A stretch of 34,111 bases of DNA, taken from contig CBDVDU010000001.1 of the NCBI GenBank assembly GCA_965372825.1, positions 1 to 34,111 on the forward strand, written 5' to 3'. A model generated the notes under the pieces. It saw only the letters and a program-made list of their open reading frames with translations. It had not been told where the DNA came from and made no database searches. The position numbers and the translations under genes were made by a program. This DNA comes from an uncultured Gammaproteobacteria bacterium (GTDB lineage: Bacteria; Pseudomonadota; Gammaproteobacteria; Methylococcales; Methylomonadaceae). Shown here piece by piece: positions 10,278 to 18,826 of this stretch (position 1 is its first letter; each line of letters starts with the position of its first letter).

Positions 10278-11582
10278 ATGACACAAGACACATTCACCAT
10301 AAAAGATAACTCCACAGGAAAGGAAGCTGATTTTCCTTTGCGTAGAGGAACTATTGGTACACCCGTTATTGATGTAAGTACGCTACATAAGCAAATGGGT
10401 CTATTCACATTTGACCCTGGCTTTATGTCAACAGCCAGCTGCAAAAGCTCGATCACTTACATTGACGGCGAAAAAGGTGTCTTGCTATATAGGGGCTACC
10501 CTATAGACCAATTAGCTGAAAATTGCTCATTTCTAGAAGTCGCTTATTTATTAATGAATGGCGAACTAGGGAATCCAGTAGAACAAGCTGAATTTGAGCA
10601 TGAAATTGGTCAGCACGCGATGCTTCACGAAGCAATGCGTAACTTTATTGATGGTTTCCATTATGATGCTCATCCTATGGCTATGATGGTCGGAATTGTA
10701 GGTTCTTTATCTGCTTTTTATCATAGCGAATTAAATATGGATGACCCTGAGCATCGTCGCATTTCAGCGATGCGCATGCTAGCAAAGATGCCGGTTATTG
10801 CAGCCGCTTGTCATCGTCACTCTATTGGCTTTCCCTTTGTTTATCCTCGCGCCGACCTGAGTTACTGTGAAAACTTCCTAAATATGATGTTTTCTTTGCC
10901 TTCTCAGAAGTATATCGATAAAGATAATTATATTAGCCCAACGGCTGTTAAAGCGTTGAACCTATTATTTATCTTGCACGCGGATCACGAACAAAACGCC
11001 AGCACCTCTACTGTGCGCTTAGCCAGCAGTACCGGAGCTAATCCTTATGCGTGTATTGCAGCAGGCATTGGTGCGCTTTGGGGGCCTGCTCATGGCGGAG
11101 CCAACGAGGCCGTATTAAGCATGCTAGAGGAAATCGGCTCAGTTGATCGAATTCCTGAATATATAGCTAAAGCTAAAGATAAAAACGACCCTTTCCGATT
11201 AATGGGCTTCGGGCACCGAGTTTATAAAAACTTTGACCCCCGAGCGACAATTATTCGCAAAGCATGCTATGAGGTTCTTGAGCAAACACCAGGTAATGAT
11301 CCATTATTTGAGCTTGCTTTAGCACTGGAAGAGTACGCATTAAAAGATGAGTACTTTATCGAGAAAAAATTATATCCGAATGTTGATTTTTATTCTGGCA
11401 TTATTTATAAAGCCTTGAATATCCCTGTTGATATGTTCACCGTAATGTTTACCATTGCTCGCACATCTGGCTGGGTATCTCACTGGCTAGAAATGATGGC
11501 CGAACCTGGGCAACGCATTGGTCGTCCAAGACAGATTTATACCGGGAAAGACTTCCGAGATTTTGAGTCTCAAAAAAAATAA
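10278..11582 (+). CDS. gltA: Type II citrate synthase
   Basis: [47 protein letters not shown]. Confidence 0.96.
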   Translation: MTQDTFTIKDNSTGKEADFPLRRGTIGTPVIDVSTLHKQMGLFTFDPGFMSTASCKSSITYIDGEKGVLLYRGYPIDQLAENCSFLEVAYLLMNGELGNPVEQAEFEHEIGQHAMLHEAMRNFIDGFHYDAHPMAMMVGIVGSLSAFYHSELNMDDPEHRRISAMRMLAKMPVIAAACHRHSIGFPFVYPRADLSYCENFLNMMFSLPSQKYIDKDNYISPTAVKALNLLFILHADHEQNASTSTVRLASSTGANPYACIAAGIGALWGPAHGGANEAVLSMLEEIGSVDRIPEYIAKAKDKNDPFRLMGFGHRVYKNFDPRATIIRKACYEVLEQTPGNDPLFELALALEEYALKDEYFIEKKLYPNVDFYSGIIYKALNIPVDMFTVMFTIARTSGWVSHWLEMMAEPGQRIGRPRQIYTGKDFRDFESQKK

Positions 11583-11594
11583 TCCATATCTTCT

Positions 11595-11621
11595 AAAAAG
11601 CAGCTATCAGCTGCTTTTTTT
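11595..11621 (+). terminator. Rho-independent terminator after gltA
   Basis: AAAAAGCAGCT-atc-AGCTGCTTTTTTT. Confidence 0.8.
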
Positions 11622-11893
11622 ATACCCAAAAATAACCACCTAAGCTCTCCAAAAAAATTAGCGATTCGTAATAATCTGCTTGCGATTAAAATTAACACGC
11701 CTACAAAAAACTTCAAGAATAAGCCACAACCCATACCCTGCCCACACAACTCACTCTCCAACAAGAGAGGTCTGAACTGACTAAAATAACGCCAAAATCG
11801 CACAATATTAATAAGTTTTGACTCGACGGAATAAGGTATAATTAACGGTTTTTTACAATAAAAATAATAATATTTTACTAGAGGTCTTTAGGT

Positions 11894-12646
11894 ATGTGTT
11901 GGAGTGGGGAAGCATCTGGGGTTTTAGCGACCATCGGACTGGCAACAGCAACTTATGTTGCACTAAAAGGGGAGTCTAAGGAGTTATGGATTCCATTAAC
12001 ATATTTTGCATTAATGGAGCTGTTACAAGCAGCGACTTATGTCTACATAGATGATTGTAGTTCCCCGCAAAATCAAATACTTACGCTATTTGGCTATCTC
12101 CATATTGCCTTTCAGCCATTCTTTGTCAATATGGTGGCAATGTATTTCATTCCCGAGAGCGTCAAACTAAAAATAAGAACGACAGTTTATACCTTATGTG
12201 CAGCTGCGGCTTTGGCTATGATCGTAAAAATGTTCCCGTTCGCATGGGCAGGTTTATGTAATATTGGCCAAGAAGGTTTCTGTGGCGAGCAAATTTGTTC
12301 CGTTTCAGGCGCATGGCATATTGCTTGGCAAATGCCGCTAAATGGCATTATGTCCGACCCCGTTTCCTGGTTACCGGGGTTTGAATGGGGCTTACATGGC
12401 TTTGTCTATATCTTATCGGCCTTTTATTTACCACTTATTTATGGATCATGGCGCTTTGTTGGCTTTCATTATTTAATCGGCCCAATGCTTGCCGATTTAA
12501 CGACTGACGATCCTAATGAGTTTTCAGCAGTTTGGTGCTTATTTTCTATTGCTTTATGCGTTTCGGTTATTAAGTCACCGATTAGAAGATATTTACATGT
12601 TAAAAAATGGCCTTACTATCAACGTACGGTCGGTGATGCTTTGTAG
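11894..12646 (+). CDS. Cys-rich multi-pass membrane protein, DUF5765-like, paralog 1
   Basis: MCWS start, MELLQ, HIAFQP, AVWC; about 7 hydrophobic segments; GAGGT RBS; family name recalled from motifs. Confidence 0.7.
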   Translation: MCWSGEASGVLATIGLATATYVALKGESKELWIPLTYFALMELLQAATYVYIDDCSSPQNQILTLFGYLHIAFQPFFVNMVAMYFIPESVKLKIRTTVYTLCAAAALAMIVKMFPFAWAGLCNIGQEGFCGEQICSVSGAWHIAWQMPLNGIMSDPVSWLPGFEWGLHGFVYILSAFYLPLIYGSWRFVGFHYLIGPMLADLTTDDPNEFSAVWCLFSIALCVSVIKSPIRRYLHVKKWPYYQRTVGDAL

Positions 12647-12667
12647 TTCGCGTAAGCATGGTACAGC

Positions 12668-12698
12668 AAAGCTATTAGCTAAAGGCTAATAGCTTTTT
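12668..12698 (+). terminator. Probable terminator between the two paralogs
   Basis: AAAGCTATTAGC-taaag-GCTAATAGCTTT followed by TTAT. Confidence 0.7.
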
Positions 12699-12790
12699 AT
12701 AGGCTGAGTAGGGCAAAGTGATTTAAGTAGTCGCCTTGCAATACTCGGCCTTTCGTTTTTATAATAATAACAATTTATTCGAGGTTTAGT

Positions 12791-13543
12791 ATGTGTTGGA
12801 GTGGAGAAGCATCCGCAGTTTTAGCAACAATTGGACTGGGAACAGCCGTCTATGTTGCCTCTAAAAGAGAGTCCAAAGAACTTTGGATTCCGTTAACTTT
12901 TTTTGCGTTAATGGAACTATTACAAGCCGCGACTTATGTTTATATTGATGAATGTAGCTCGCCAACCAATCAGGTACTCACGCTCTTTGGCTATCTACAT
13001 ATTGCATTTCAGCCATTTTTTATCAATATGGTCGCGATGTACTTTATCCCTGAAAGCGTTAAGCTAAAAATCAGAACAACGGTTTACACTTTGTGCGCAG
13101 TAGCCGCATTAGCAATGATCGTTAAAATGATGCCATTTGCATGGGCTGGACTTTGCGTTATTGGTACCGAGGCAGTTTGTGGCACACAGGTCTGCTCAAC
13201 GTCTGGCGCTTGGCATATTGCATGGCAGCTGCCATTAAATGACATTATGTCTCCCCCTGTTTCTTGGCTCCCAGGATTTGAAGGTGGCTTACATGGTTTC
13301 GTCTATCTTTGGGTAGGCTTTTATATGCCATTTCTTTATGGCTCATATCGCTTTGTTTTATTTCATCTTTTGGTGGGGCCAGTGCTTTCAGACGCATTAA
13401 CAGACGACCCAAATGAATTCGCTGCGGTCTGGTGTTTATTTTCTATCGCCCTATGTGTCTCGGTTATTAAATCGCCTATTAGACAATATTTACATGTTAA
13501 AAAATGGCCTTTTTATCAACGCACCATTGGTGATTCTTTATAA
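12791..13543 (+). CDS. Cys-rich multi-pass membrane protein, DUF5765-like, paralog 2
   Basis: Same length (250 aa), colinear with paralog 1, about 43 substitutions by hand count; GAGGT RBS. Confidence 0.7.
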   Translation: MCWSGEASAVLATIGLGTAVYVASKRESKELWIPLTFFALMELLQAATYVYIDECSSPTNQVLTLFGYLHIAFQPFFINMVAMYFIPESVKLKIRTTVYTLCAVAALAMIVKMMPFAWAGLCVIGTEAVCGTQVCSTSGAWHIAWQLPLNDIMSPPVSWLPGFEGGLHGFVYLWVGFYMPFLYGSYRFVLFHLLVGPVLSDALTDDPNEFAAVWCLFSIALCVSVIKSPIRQYLHVKKWPFYQRTIGDSL

Positions 13544-13572
13544 TTCCAAACGGAATTAGCACAAAAAAAACT

Positions 13573-13604
13573 GAGCGGAGTTTTTATTCACAAAAACTCC
13601 GCTC
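13573..13604. terminator. Stem-loop after paralog 2 (possible terminator, A run on the 5' side)
   Basis: GAGCGGAGTTTTT-attcac-AAAAACTCCGCTC. Confidence 0.6.
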
Positions 13605-13695
13605 TTATTCTACTTACGAATAAAATAAGCAATTGCCTTTTACTCTAGCTGTGCTAAAGTTTTTACAATCTCTTTATTAGCTGCCCTCCTCTTCT

Positions 13696-14475
13696 ATGTT
13701 TCTTTTATCTCGCAAGCTTCAATTGATCGCCGCTGCCACAGCATTAAGCCTATGTACGCTACCCGCTAATGCCGACACGCTTTCGCAAGCCATAAACACA
13801 GAGGCTGCAATTCACACTAACGCAGTTAAATCACAGTCTAAAATTAATACCTTAGATGACCGCACGCGCAAGATGTTAGAGCAGTATCGCTCGACAACCC
13901 ACCAAACAAAGACCTTACTCACTTATAATGCGTATTTAAAAGACTTACTCGATTCTCAAGAGGCAGAAAAAGCCTCTTTAGATCAACAGTTGCAAGAAAT
14001 TGAAGTTACGCAACGTGAAATTGTGCCACTGATTTTAAATATGCAAAGTAGCCTAGAACAATTCATCCAGCTTGATTTACCGTTTTTACCCAAAGAACGT
14101 CAACAGCGTATTGACAACCTAAAAGACATGATGACCCGAGCTGACGTGACCAATGCAGAAAAGTTTCGCCGCCTAATCGAAGCTTATCAAATCGAAAATA
14201 GTTACGGCAACACCATCGAAGCTTACCGTGCCAATATCGAATTAAATGGCGCAATTAGCTCGGTAGATTTCTTACGCCTTGGCCGTGTTGCTTTGTATTA
14301 CCAACGCCTTGATGGCAGTGAAACTGGTTTTTGGAATAAAACTAAAAAACGCTGGGAACCTTTAGCTAATGAATACCGCAATGCGATACGCCAAGGTTTA
14401 CGTATTGCGCGCAAAGAAGCGGCTCCTGACTTATTAACATTACCTGTTTCTGCAGCAACGGAGGCAGTTCAATGA
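13696..14475 (+). CDS. DUF3450 family periplasmic coiled-coil protein (TtpB-like)
   Basis: Signal peptide, DLPF...ER..R, EKFRRLIEAYQIE..YG, DFLRLGRVALYY; first gene of the TonB2-type operon. Confidence 0.82.
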   Translation: MFLLSRKLQLIAAATALSLCTLPANADTLSQAINTEAAIHTNAVKSQSKINTLDDRTRKMLEQYRSTTHQTKTLLTYNAYLKDLLDSQEAEKASLDQQLQEIEVTQREIVPLILNMQSSLEQFIQLDLPFLPKERQQRIDNLKDMMTRADVTNAEKFRRLIEAYQIENSYGNTIEAYRANIELNGAISSVDFLRLGRVALYYQRLDGSETGFWNKTKKRWEPLANEYRNAIRQGLRIARKEAAPDLLTLPVSAATEAVQ

Positions 14476-15800
14476 GATTGATTCCTTATTTTTTATTTAT
14501 TTTTTTACTCTCAAACAGTGCTTGGGCAGAACATCAAAACCTAGACCAGCTCTTACGTGACGTAAAACAAAGCCAATCGGTTGAACGCAAAATTAATCGT
14601 GCGCGTGAAGCCGAATTTCTTGCCGAGAAACAAACGCAACAACAACTATTAAATGCCGCTAAAGCCCAACTGACCAAACAAGAAAGACTAAGCACTCAAT
14701 TAAAAGCTCACTTACAAAGCAATGAAGAATTACTCAGTAAACTAGAAACACAGCTTAAAGAAAATAGTGGTGAACTAGGTGAATTATTTGGCGTTGCTCG
14801 CCAAGCTGCTGGTGATTTAAGCGTAGACCTATTAAACTCACTGGTTTCCGCGCAATACCCAGATCGTGCTGACAAATTAGATAGTCTCGCTAATAGCAAA
14901 GCCCTGCCCACAATAGACCAGCTAGAAACCTTATGGTTTACTTTGCAACAAGAAATGACTGAAACCGGTAAAGTAGTTCGCTTTAAACGCACTATTGAAG
15001 CCGCAAATGGCAATAGTGAAGAGGCGGAAGTGATTCGTATCGGCGCGTTTAACGCATTAGCAAAAGGCGAGTATTTACGTTATTCACCAGAAACAAAAAT
15101 GCTAGTTACCTTAGCTCGCCAACCATCTAACAAATACCTAGATTTTGCTATTCCTTTTAGTCAAGCCACTTCCGGTCAAATGCCTGTAGCTATTGACCCT
15201 ACCCGCGGCGTCTTACTTAGTATGCTAATTCAAACACCAAATACGCAAGAACGTATAGCTCAAGGTGGCCTCATTGGTTATATTATTCTGGCTTTAGGTG
15301 GTTTAGGCTTTACCTATGCCTTAATACGCTTAATTATTTTGATGCTGACTGGGAGCAAAATACAAAAACAAATCAACAACCCTACGGCAAGTAATAACAA
15401 TCCTCTAGGGCGAATTTTAGGGGCGACTGAGCAAAGCTCCGCACAAGACATAGAAACCCTTGAGCTGGTACTTGATGAAGCCATCACCCGAGAGGTTCCT
15501 GCTTTAGAAAAAGGCCTGTCGCTAATAAAACTTCTTGCTGCCGTCGCACCTTTATTAGGTTTATTGGGGACAGTAACAGGGATGATCGCGACCTTTCAAG
15601 CCATTAGCTTATTTGGTACGGGTGATCCAAAATTAATGGCTAATGGTATTTCTCAAGCCTTAGTCACTACTATGTTAGGTTTGAGTGTCGCTATGCCATT
15701 ATTATTTATACATAACTTACTCGCTTCACGTAGCAGAACATTAGTGCAGCTTTTAGATGAACAAAGTGCCGGCATCATGAGTCGTCGTGCAGGTAAATAA
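14472..15800 (+). CDS. Long MotA/TolQ/ExbB protein with periplasmic N-terminal domain (TtpC-like)
   Basis: Signal peptide, coiled coil, IDPTRG, APLLGLLGTVTGMI, GISQALVTT; ATGA overlap with the upstream gene. Confidence 0.85.
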   Translation: MRLIPYFLFIFLLSNSAWAEHQNLDQLLRDVKQSQSVERKINRAREAEFLAEKQTQQQLLNAAKAQLTKQERLSTQLKAHLQSNEELLSKLETQLKENSGELGELFGVARQAAGDLSVDLLNSLVSAQYPDRADKLDSLANSKALPTIDQLETLWFTLQQEMTETGKVVRFKRTIEAANGNSEEAEVIRIGAFNALAKGEYLRYSPETKMLVTLARQPSNKYLDFAIPFSQATSGQMPVAIDPTRGVLLSMLIQTPNTQERIAQGGLIGYIILALGGLGFTYALIRLIILMLTGSKIQKQINNPTASNNNPLGRILGATEQSSAQDIETLELVLDEAITREVPALEKGLSLIKLLAAVAPLLGLLGTVTGMIATFQAISLFGTGDPKLMANGISQALVTTMLGLSVAMPLLFIHNLLASRSRTLVQLLDEQSAGIMSRRAGK

Positions 15801-16324
15801 TGTCTGAACAACTAGAATTTCTGGAAGACATTCACAATTTCCTGTATTCAGGCGGCGATGTATTATGGCTGATTTTAGGTGTGGCGATTATTTTATGGTG
15901 TTTAATTATCGAGCGCCTGCTATTTTTTAAACAACTGTACCCGAAAATACGCACACAGTGCTTTGAGAGCTGGGATCAACGCGAGGATAAAAGCTCTACG
16001 CATGCCCTATTTATTCGCAAGGCAATGATTTCTGAAGTTATCATCCAAATGCGCAAAGGTGTCCCGCTAATAAAAGTGCTGATTGCTTTATGCCCGATGT
16101 TGGGCTTATTAGGTACGGTCTTGGGTATGATTCACGTATTTGATGTTATGTCGGTTACGGGCAATGGTAATGCTCGCGCTATGGCGTCAGGAATTTCTAA
16201 GGCCACTATTACTACAATGGCAGGCATGGTCATTGCCATATCTGGCCTGTATTTCAGTAAGCTTATCGAAGAACGCGTCAGTGATGAATCACATCATCTG
16301 GCAGATTTATTAAAATATCATTAA
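15800..16324 (+). CDS. exbB: ExbB-type proton channel subunit (short)
   Basis: PMLGLLGTVLGMI..F, MASGISKA.ITT.AG; TAATG coupling. Confidence 0.85.
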   Translation: MSEQLEFLEDIHNFLYSGGDVLWLILGVAIILWCLIIERLLFFKQLYPKIRTQCFESWDQREDKSSTHALFIRKAMISEVIIQMRKGVPLIKVLIALCPMLGLLGTVLGMIHVFDVMSVTGNGNARAMASGISKATITTMAGMVIAISGLYFSKLIEERVSDESHHLADLLKYH

Positions 16325-16340
16325 TCACCTGATACTCATT

Positions 16341-16754
16341 ATGCGCCGTAGAAGTAGTCGTTCCTCCGTTGATCAAAGTGCAGATATAGATATGACGCCG
16401 ATGCTGGATATCGTCTTTATCATGCTAATTTTCTTTATTGTTACATCTTCATTTGTTAAAGAGTCGGGCATTGATGTTAATCGCCCCAGCGCGCAAACAA
16501 GTGAGACCAAAGATAAAGCCAATATTGTTGTCGGCATAAAACCCAATGGTGATGTCTGGATTGATAAACGCCTCGTTGATTTTCGAGCAGTGCGCGCTAA
16601 TGTTGCGCGTTTACTTGCTGAAAATCCGTTAGGTTCAGTGATTATTGTTGCTGATAAAGAAACAAAAACAAATGCTTTAGTGCAGGTTATTGATCAAGTA
16701 CGGCTTGCAGGCATAATGTATCCTACTATTGCCACGCAATCGGAGTCACAGTGA
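16341..16754 (+). CDS. exbD: Biopolymer transport protein ExbD
   Basis: IDMTPMLDIVFIMLIFFIVT with the essential TM Asp; VIIVAD. Confidence 0.92.
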   Translation: MRRRSSRSSVDQSADIDMTPMLDIVFIMLIFFIVTSSFVKESGIDVNRPSAQTSETKDKANIVVGIKPNGDVWIDKRLVDFRAVRANVARLLAENPLGSVIIVADKETKTNALVQVIDQVRLAGIMYPTIATQSESQ

Positions 16755-17386
16755 TTCGTATTGCCTTCTCTTTATTTTCAGGAATAGCTATTGCCCTCGC
16801 GCTGTTTTGGGGCATGCAGTATATGGTAATGAATAATCAGCAGGGCTTTAAAAAAACTGACAATTTACGCATGACTGGCTTTGTTCGTTTAAAGCAAGAG
16901 TCGAAAACTCAAACCAAAGAAAGACAGGTTCCGAACAAGCCTAAACCTAAAAAACGCCCCGCTCAACCAAAGATGAAAGCTTATACTGCCCAAGTGTCCA
17001 AAGTTGCTGCGCCAGATATGGATATGCCAAACTTAGATATTCCCTTACACACCAGTAATTTTAGCGGCTCGGTACTCAGCGGCCAAAATATAAAAATGGG
17101 CGGGGGAGCAATTAGCACCGGCGTTATCCCGCTGGTAAGAATTCCACCACAATACCCTATGCGCGCGGCAAACCGACGTATCCAAGGCTGGGTAAAAGTA
17201 GAATTTACCATTACCACAGAAGGTACAGTGAAAGATGCTGTAGTGATTGATGCAAAACCGAATTCAATCTTTAACCGCGCGGCATTAAAAGCGATTAAAC
17301 GCTGGAAATTTAAACCTCTTATTATCGCCGGTGAAGCTCAAGAGCAGCGCGCGGTGCAAACTTTAGAATTTAAGCTATCTCGATGA
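16751..17386 (+). CDS. tonB: Energy transducer TonB (short, TonB2 type; GTG start)
   Basis: N-terminal TM, Pro/Lys-rich linker, PQYP..A, GWVKVEFTI, RWKFKP. Confidence 0.9.
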   Translation: MIRIAFSLFSGIAIALALFWGMQYMVMNNQQGFKKTDNLRMTGFVRLKQESKTQTKERQVPNKPKPKKRPAQPKMKAYTAQVSKVAAPDMDMPNLDIPLHTSNFSGSVLSGQNIKMGGGAISTGVIPLVRIPPQYPMRAANRRIQGWVKVEFTITTEGTVKDAVVIDAKPNSIFNRAALKAIKRWKFKPLIIAGEAQEQRAVQTLEFKLSR

Positions 17387-18612
17387 GAAAACGCATTCAT
17401 CAAAGCCTCAAAATCGGTTTAATTAGCCTGAGCTTACTTGTCGGCTCACCGGCACAAGCGGAAGAAGAAAAAGCACCACCGATTTCTTCGTGGCTATATA
17501 AACAATTAACTAAAACTGAAAAGCTGATTAGCAGCCAAGCTTATCCACAAGCGCGTAAAAAACTAGCAAAAATTATCCCCGAATTAAAAGATGAAAGTTA
17601 CGAGCAGGCGCTCGCCTTGCGTAGCTTGTCCTCTGTTTATGCGCTAGAAAATAATTATAGGAAAGCCGCTCAATCATTAGAGCAATGCCTCGCCAGCCAA
17701 GCCTTACCTGAGAAACAACAGCAACAAGCCCTGCTAAATTTAGGCCAGTTATATATGGCTACGGAACAATATCAAAAAGCAGTTAATACCTTACAGCCTT
17801 GGGTAGAAAAGAATCCGACGCATTCAAATCAGCAAGTTTCTGTGCTACTAGCTAATGCTTACGCGCAATTAAAACAATACCGCAAAGCTTTGCCCTATAT
17901 AGAGCAAGCGATTAAACAGTCGAAAAAACCACAAGAAAGCTGGTTTCAACTCAACCTCGCGCTGCATTATGAATTAGAAAACTACTCAGCGGCAGCCCGT
18001 ATTTTAAAAAAGCTGATCGCCAATTACCCAAATAAAAAAGCTTATTGGCTACAACTTGCAGCAACATACCAACAATTAAATCGATTTAAACAAGCACTCA
18101 ATATTCAGGACCTCGCTTATAGAAAAGGCTACCTCCGAACCGAAGCGCAAATTTTACAGCTGTTTAATTTATACATGTACAACAAACAGCCCTATCAAGC
18201 GGCCAATTTATTAGCCAAAGAGTTAAAGAGTCAACGAGTCAAGAAAAACTCCGCACATTGGGAGTTACTTGCTAGCGCATGGACTAATGCAAGGGAATAC
18301 GAACAAGCCATTGCCGCACTAGAAAAAGCTTCATCCCTGAATAATAAGGGTGAACTTTACTTACAGCTGGCTCGTATTCATGTTGAACAAGAACTTTGGC
18401 AAGATGCCATTGCTGCTACCAATAAAGCGCTGAAAAAAGGCGGATTAAAGCAAACCGGAGAGGCTTATATTTTACTAGGTATGAGCCTTTATGAAACAGA
18501 GCAATTATCTGCAGCTAAAAGCGCATTTCAAAAAGCTAGAAAATACAAAAAAACGAGAAAATCCGCTACCCAGTGGTTAAATTATGTGGAAAATAGTAAT
18601 AATCAGGCATAA
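17383..18612 (+). CDS. Secreted tetratricopeptide-repeat protein (TtpD-like)
   Basis: Signal peptide and many TPR-like repeats (LGQLYMATEQYQKA etc.); ATGA overlap with tonB. Confidence 0.82.
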   Translation: MRKRIHQSLKIGLISLSLLVGSPAQAEEEKAPPISSWLYKQLTKTEKLISSQAYPQARKKLAKIIPELKDESYEQALALRSLSSVYALENNYRKAAQSLEQCLASQALPEKQQQQALLNLGQLYMATEQYQKAVNTLQPWVEKNPTHSNQQVSVLLANAYAQLKQYRKALPYIEQAIKQSKKPQESWFQLNLALHYELENYSAAARILKKLIANYPNKKAYWLQLAATYQQLNRFKQALNIQDLAYRKGYLRTEAQILQLFNLYMYNKQPYQAANLLAKELKSQRVKKNSAHWELLASAWTNAREYEQAIAALEKASSLNNKGELYLQLARIHVEQELWQDAIAATNKALKKGGLKQTGEAYILLGMSLYETEQLSAAKSAFQKARKYKKTRKSATQWLNYVENSNNQA

Positions 18613-18642
18613 ACTCGCTTGATTACGCTCCCTCTCCTGCTC

Positions 18643-18745
18643 AATGCAGTTGACTTAAGCCCTCTCTTGCTGGAGAGGGTTGGGAGAGGAGAATAAAATC
18701 ATGCATTTATAATCCCCTCATCCAACCTTCTCCCTCTGGAGAAAG
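18643..18745 (+). repeat. BoxC-like intergenic element, copy 1
   Basis: CCCTCTCTTGCTGGAGAGGGTTGGGAGAGG...CCCCTCATCCAACCTTCTCCCTCTGGAGAA; inverted near-copy at 28322-28424. Confidence 0.8.
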
Positions 18746-18826
18746 CTTTTAGGCTTGTGTAGCTACCTTAGCAACACAAAAGACAGCTCTAAGCGCAGCA
18801 AATCTTTTCTCAAGGAAGTTAGACTT

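Noticed and set aside
11570-11803. 77-aa minus-strand ORF after gltA
   Set aside because: Runs through the gltA terminator and has no recognisable motif or RBS
11818-11842. Sigma70 promoter TTGACT...TATAAT for paralog 1
   Set aside because: The spacer is only 13 bp; the -10 may be real but the pair is unsupported
11894-13543. Microbial rhodopsin or heliorhodopsin
   Set aside because: No DxxxK or SxxxK retinal-binding Lys within the last helix
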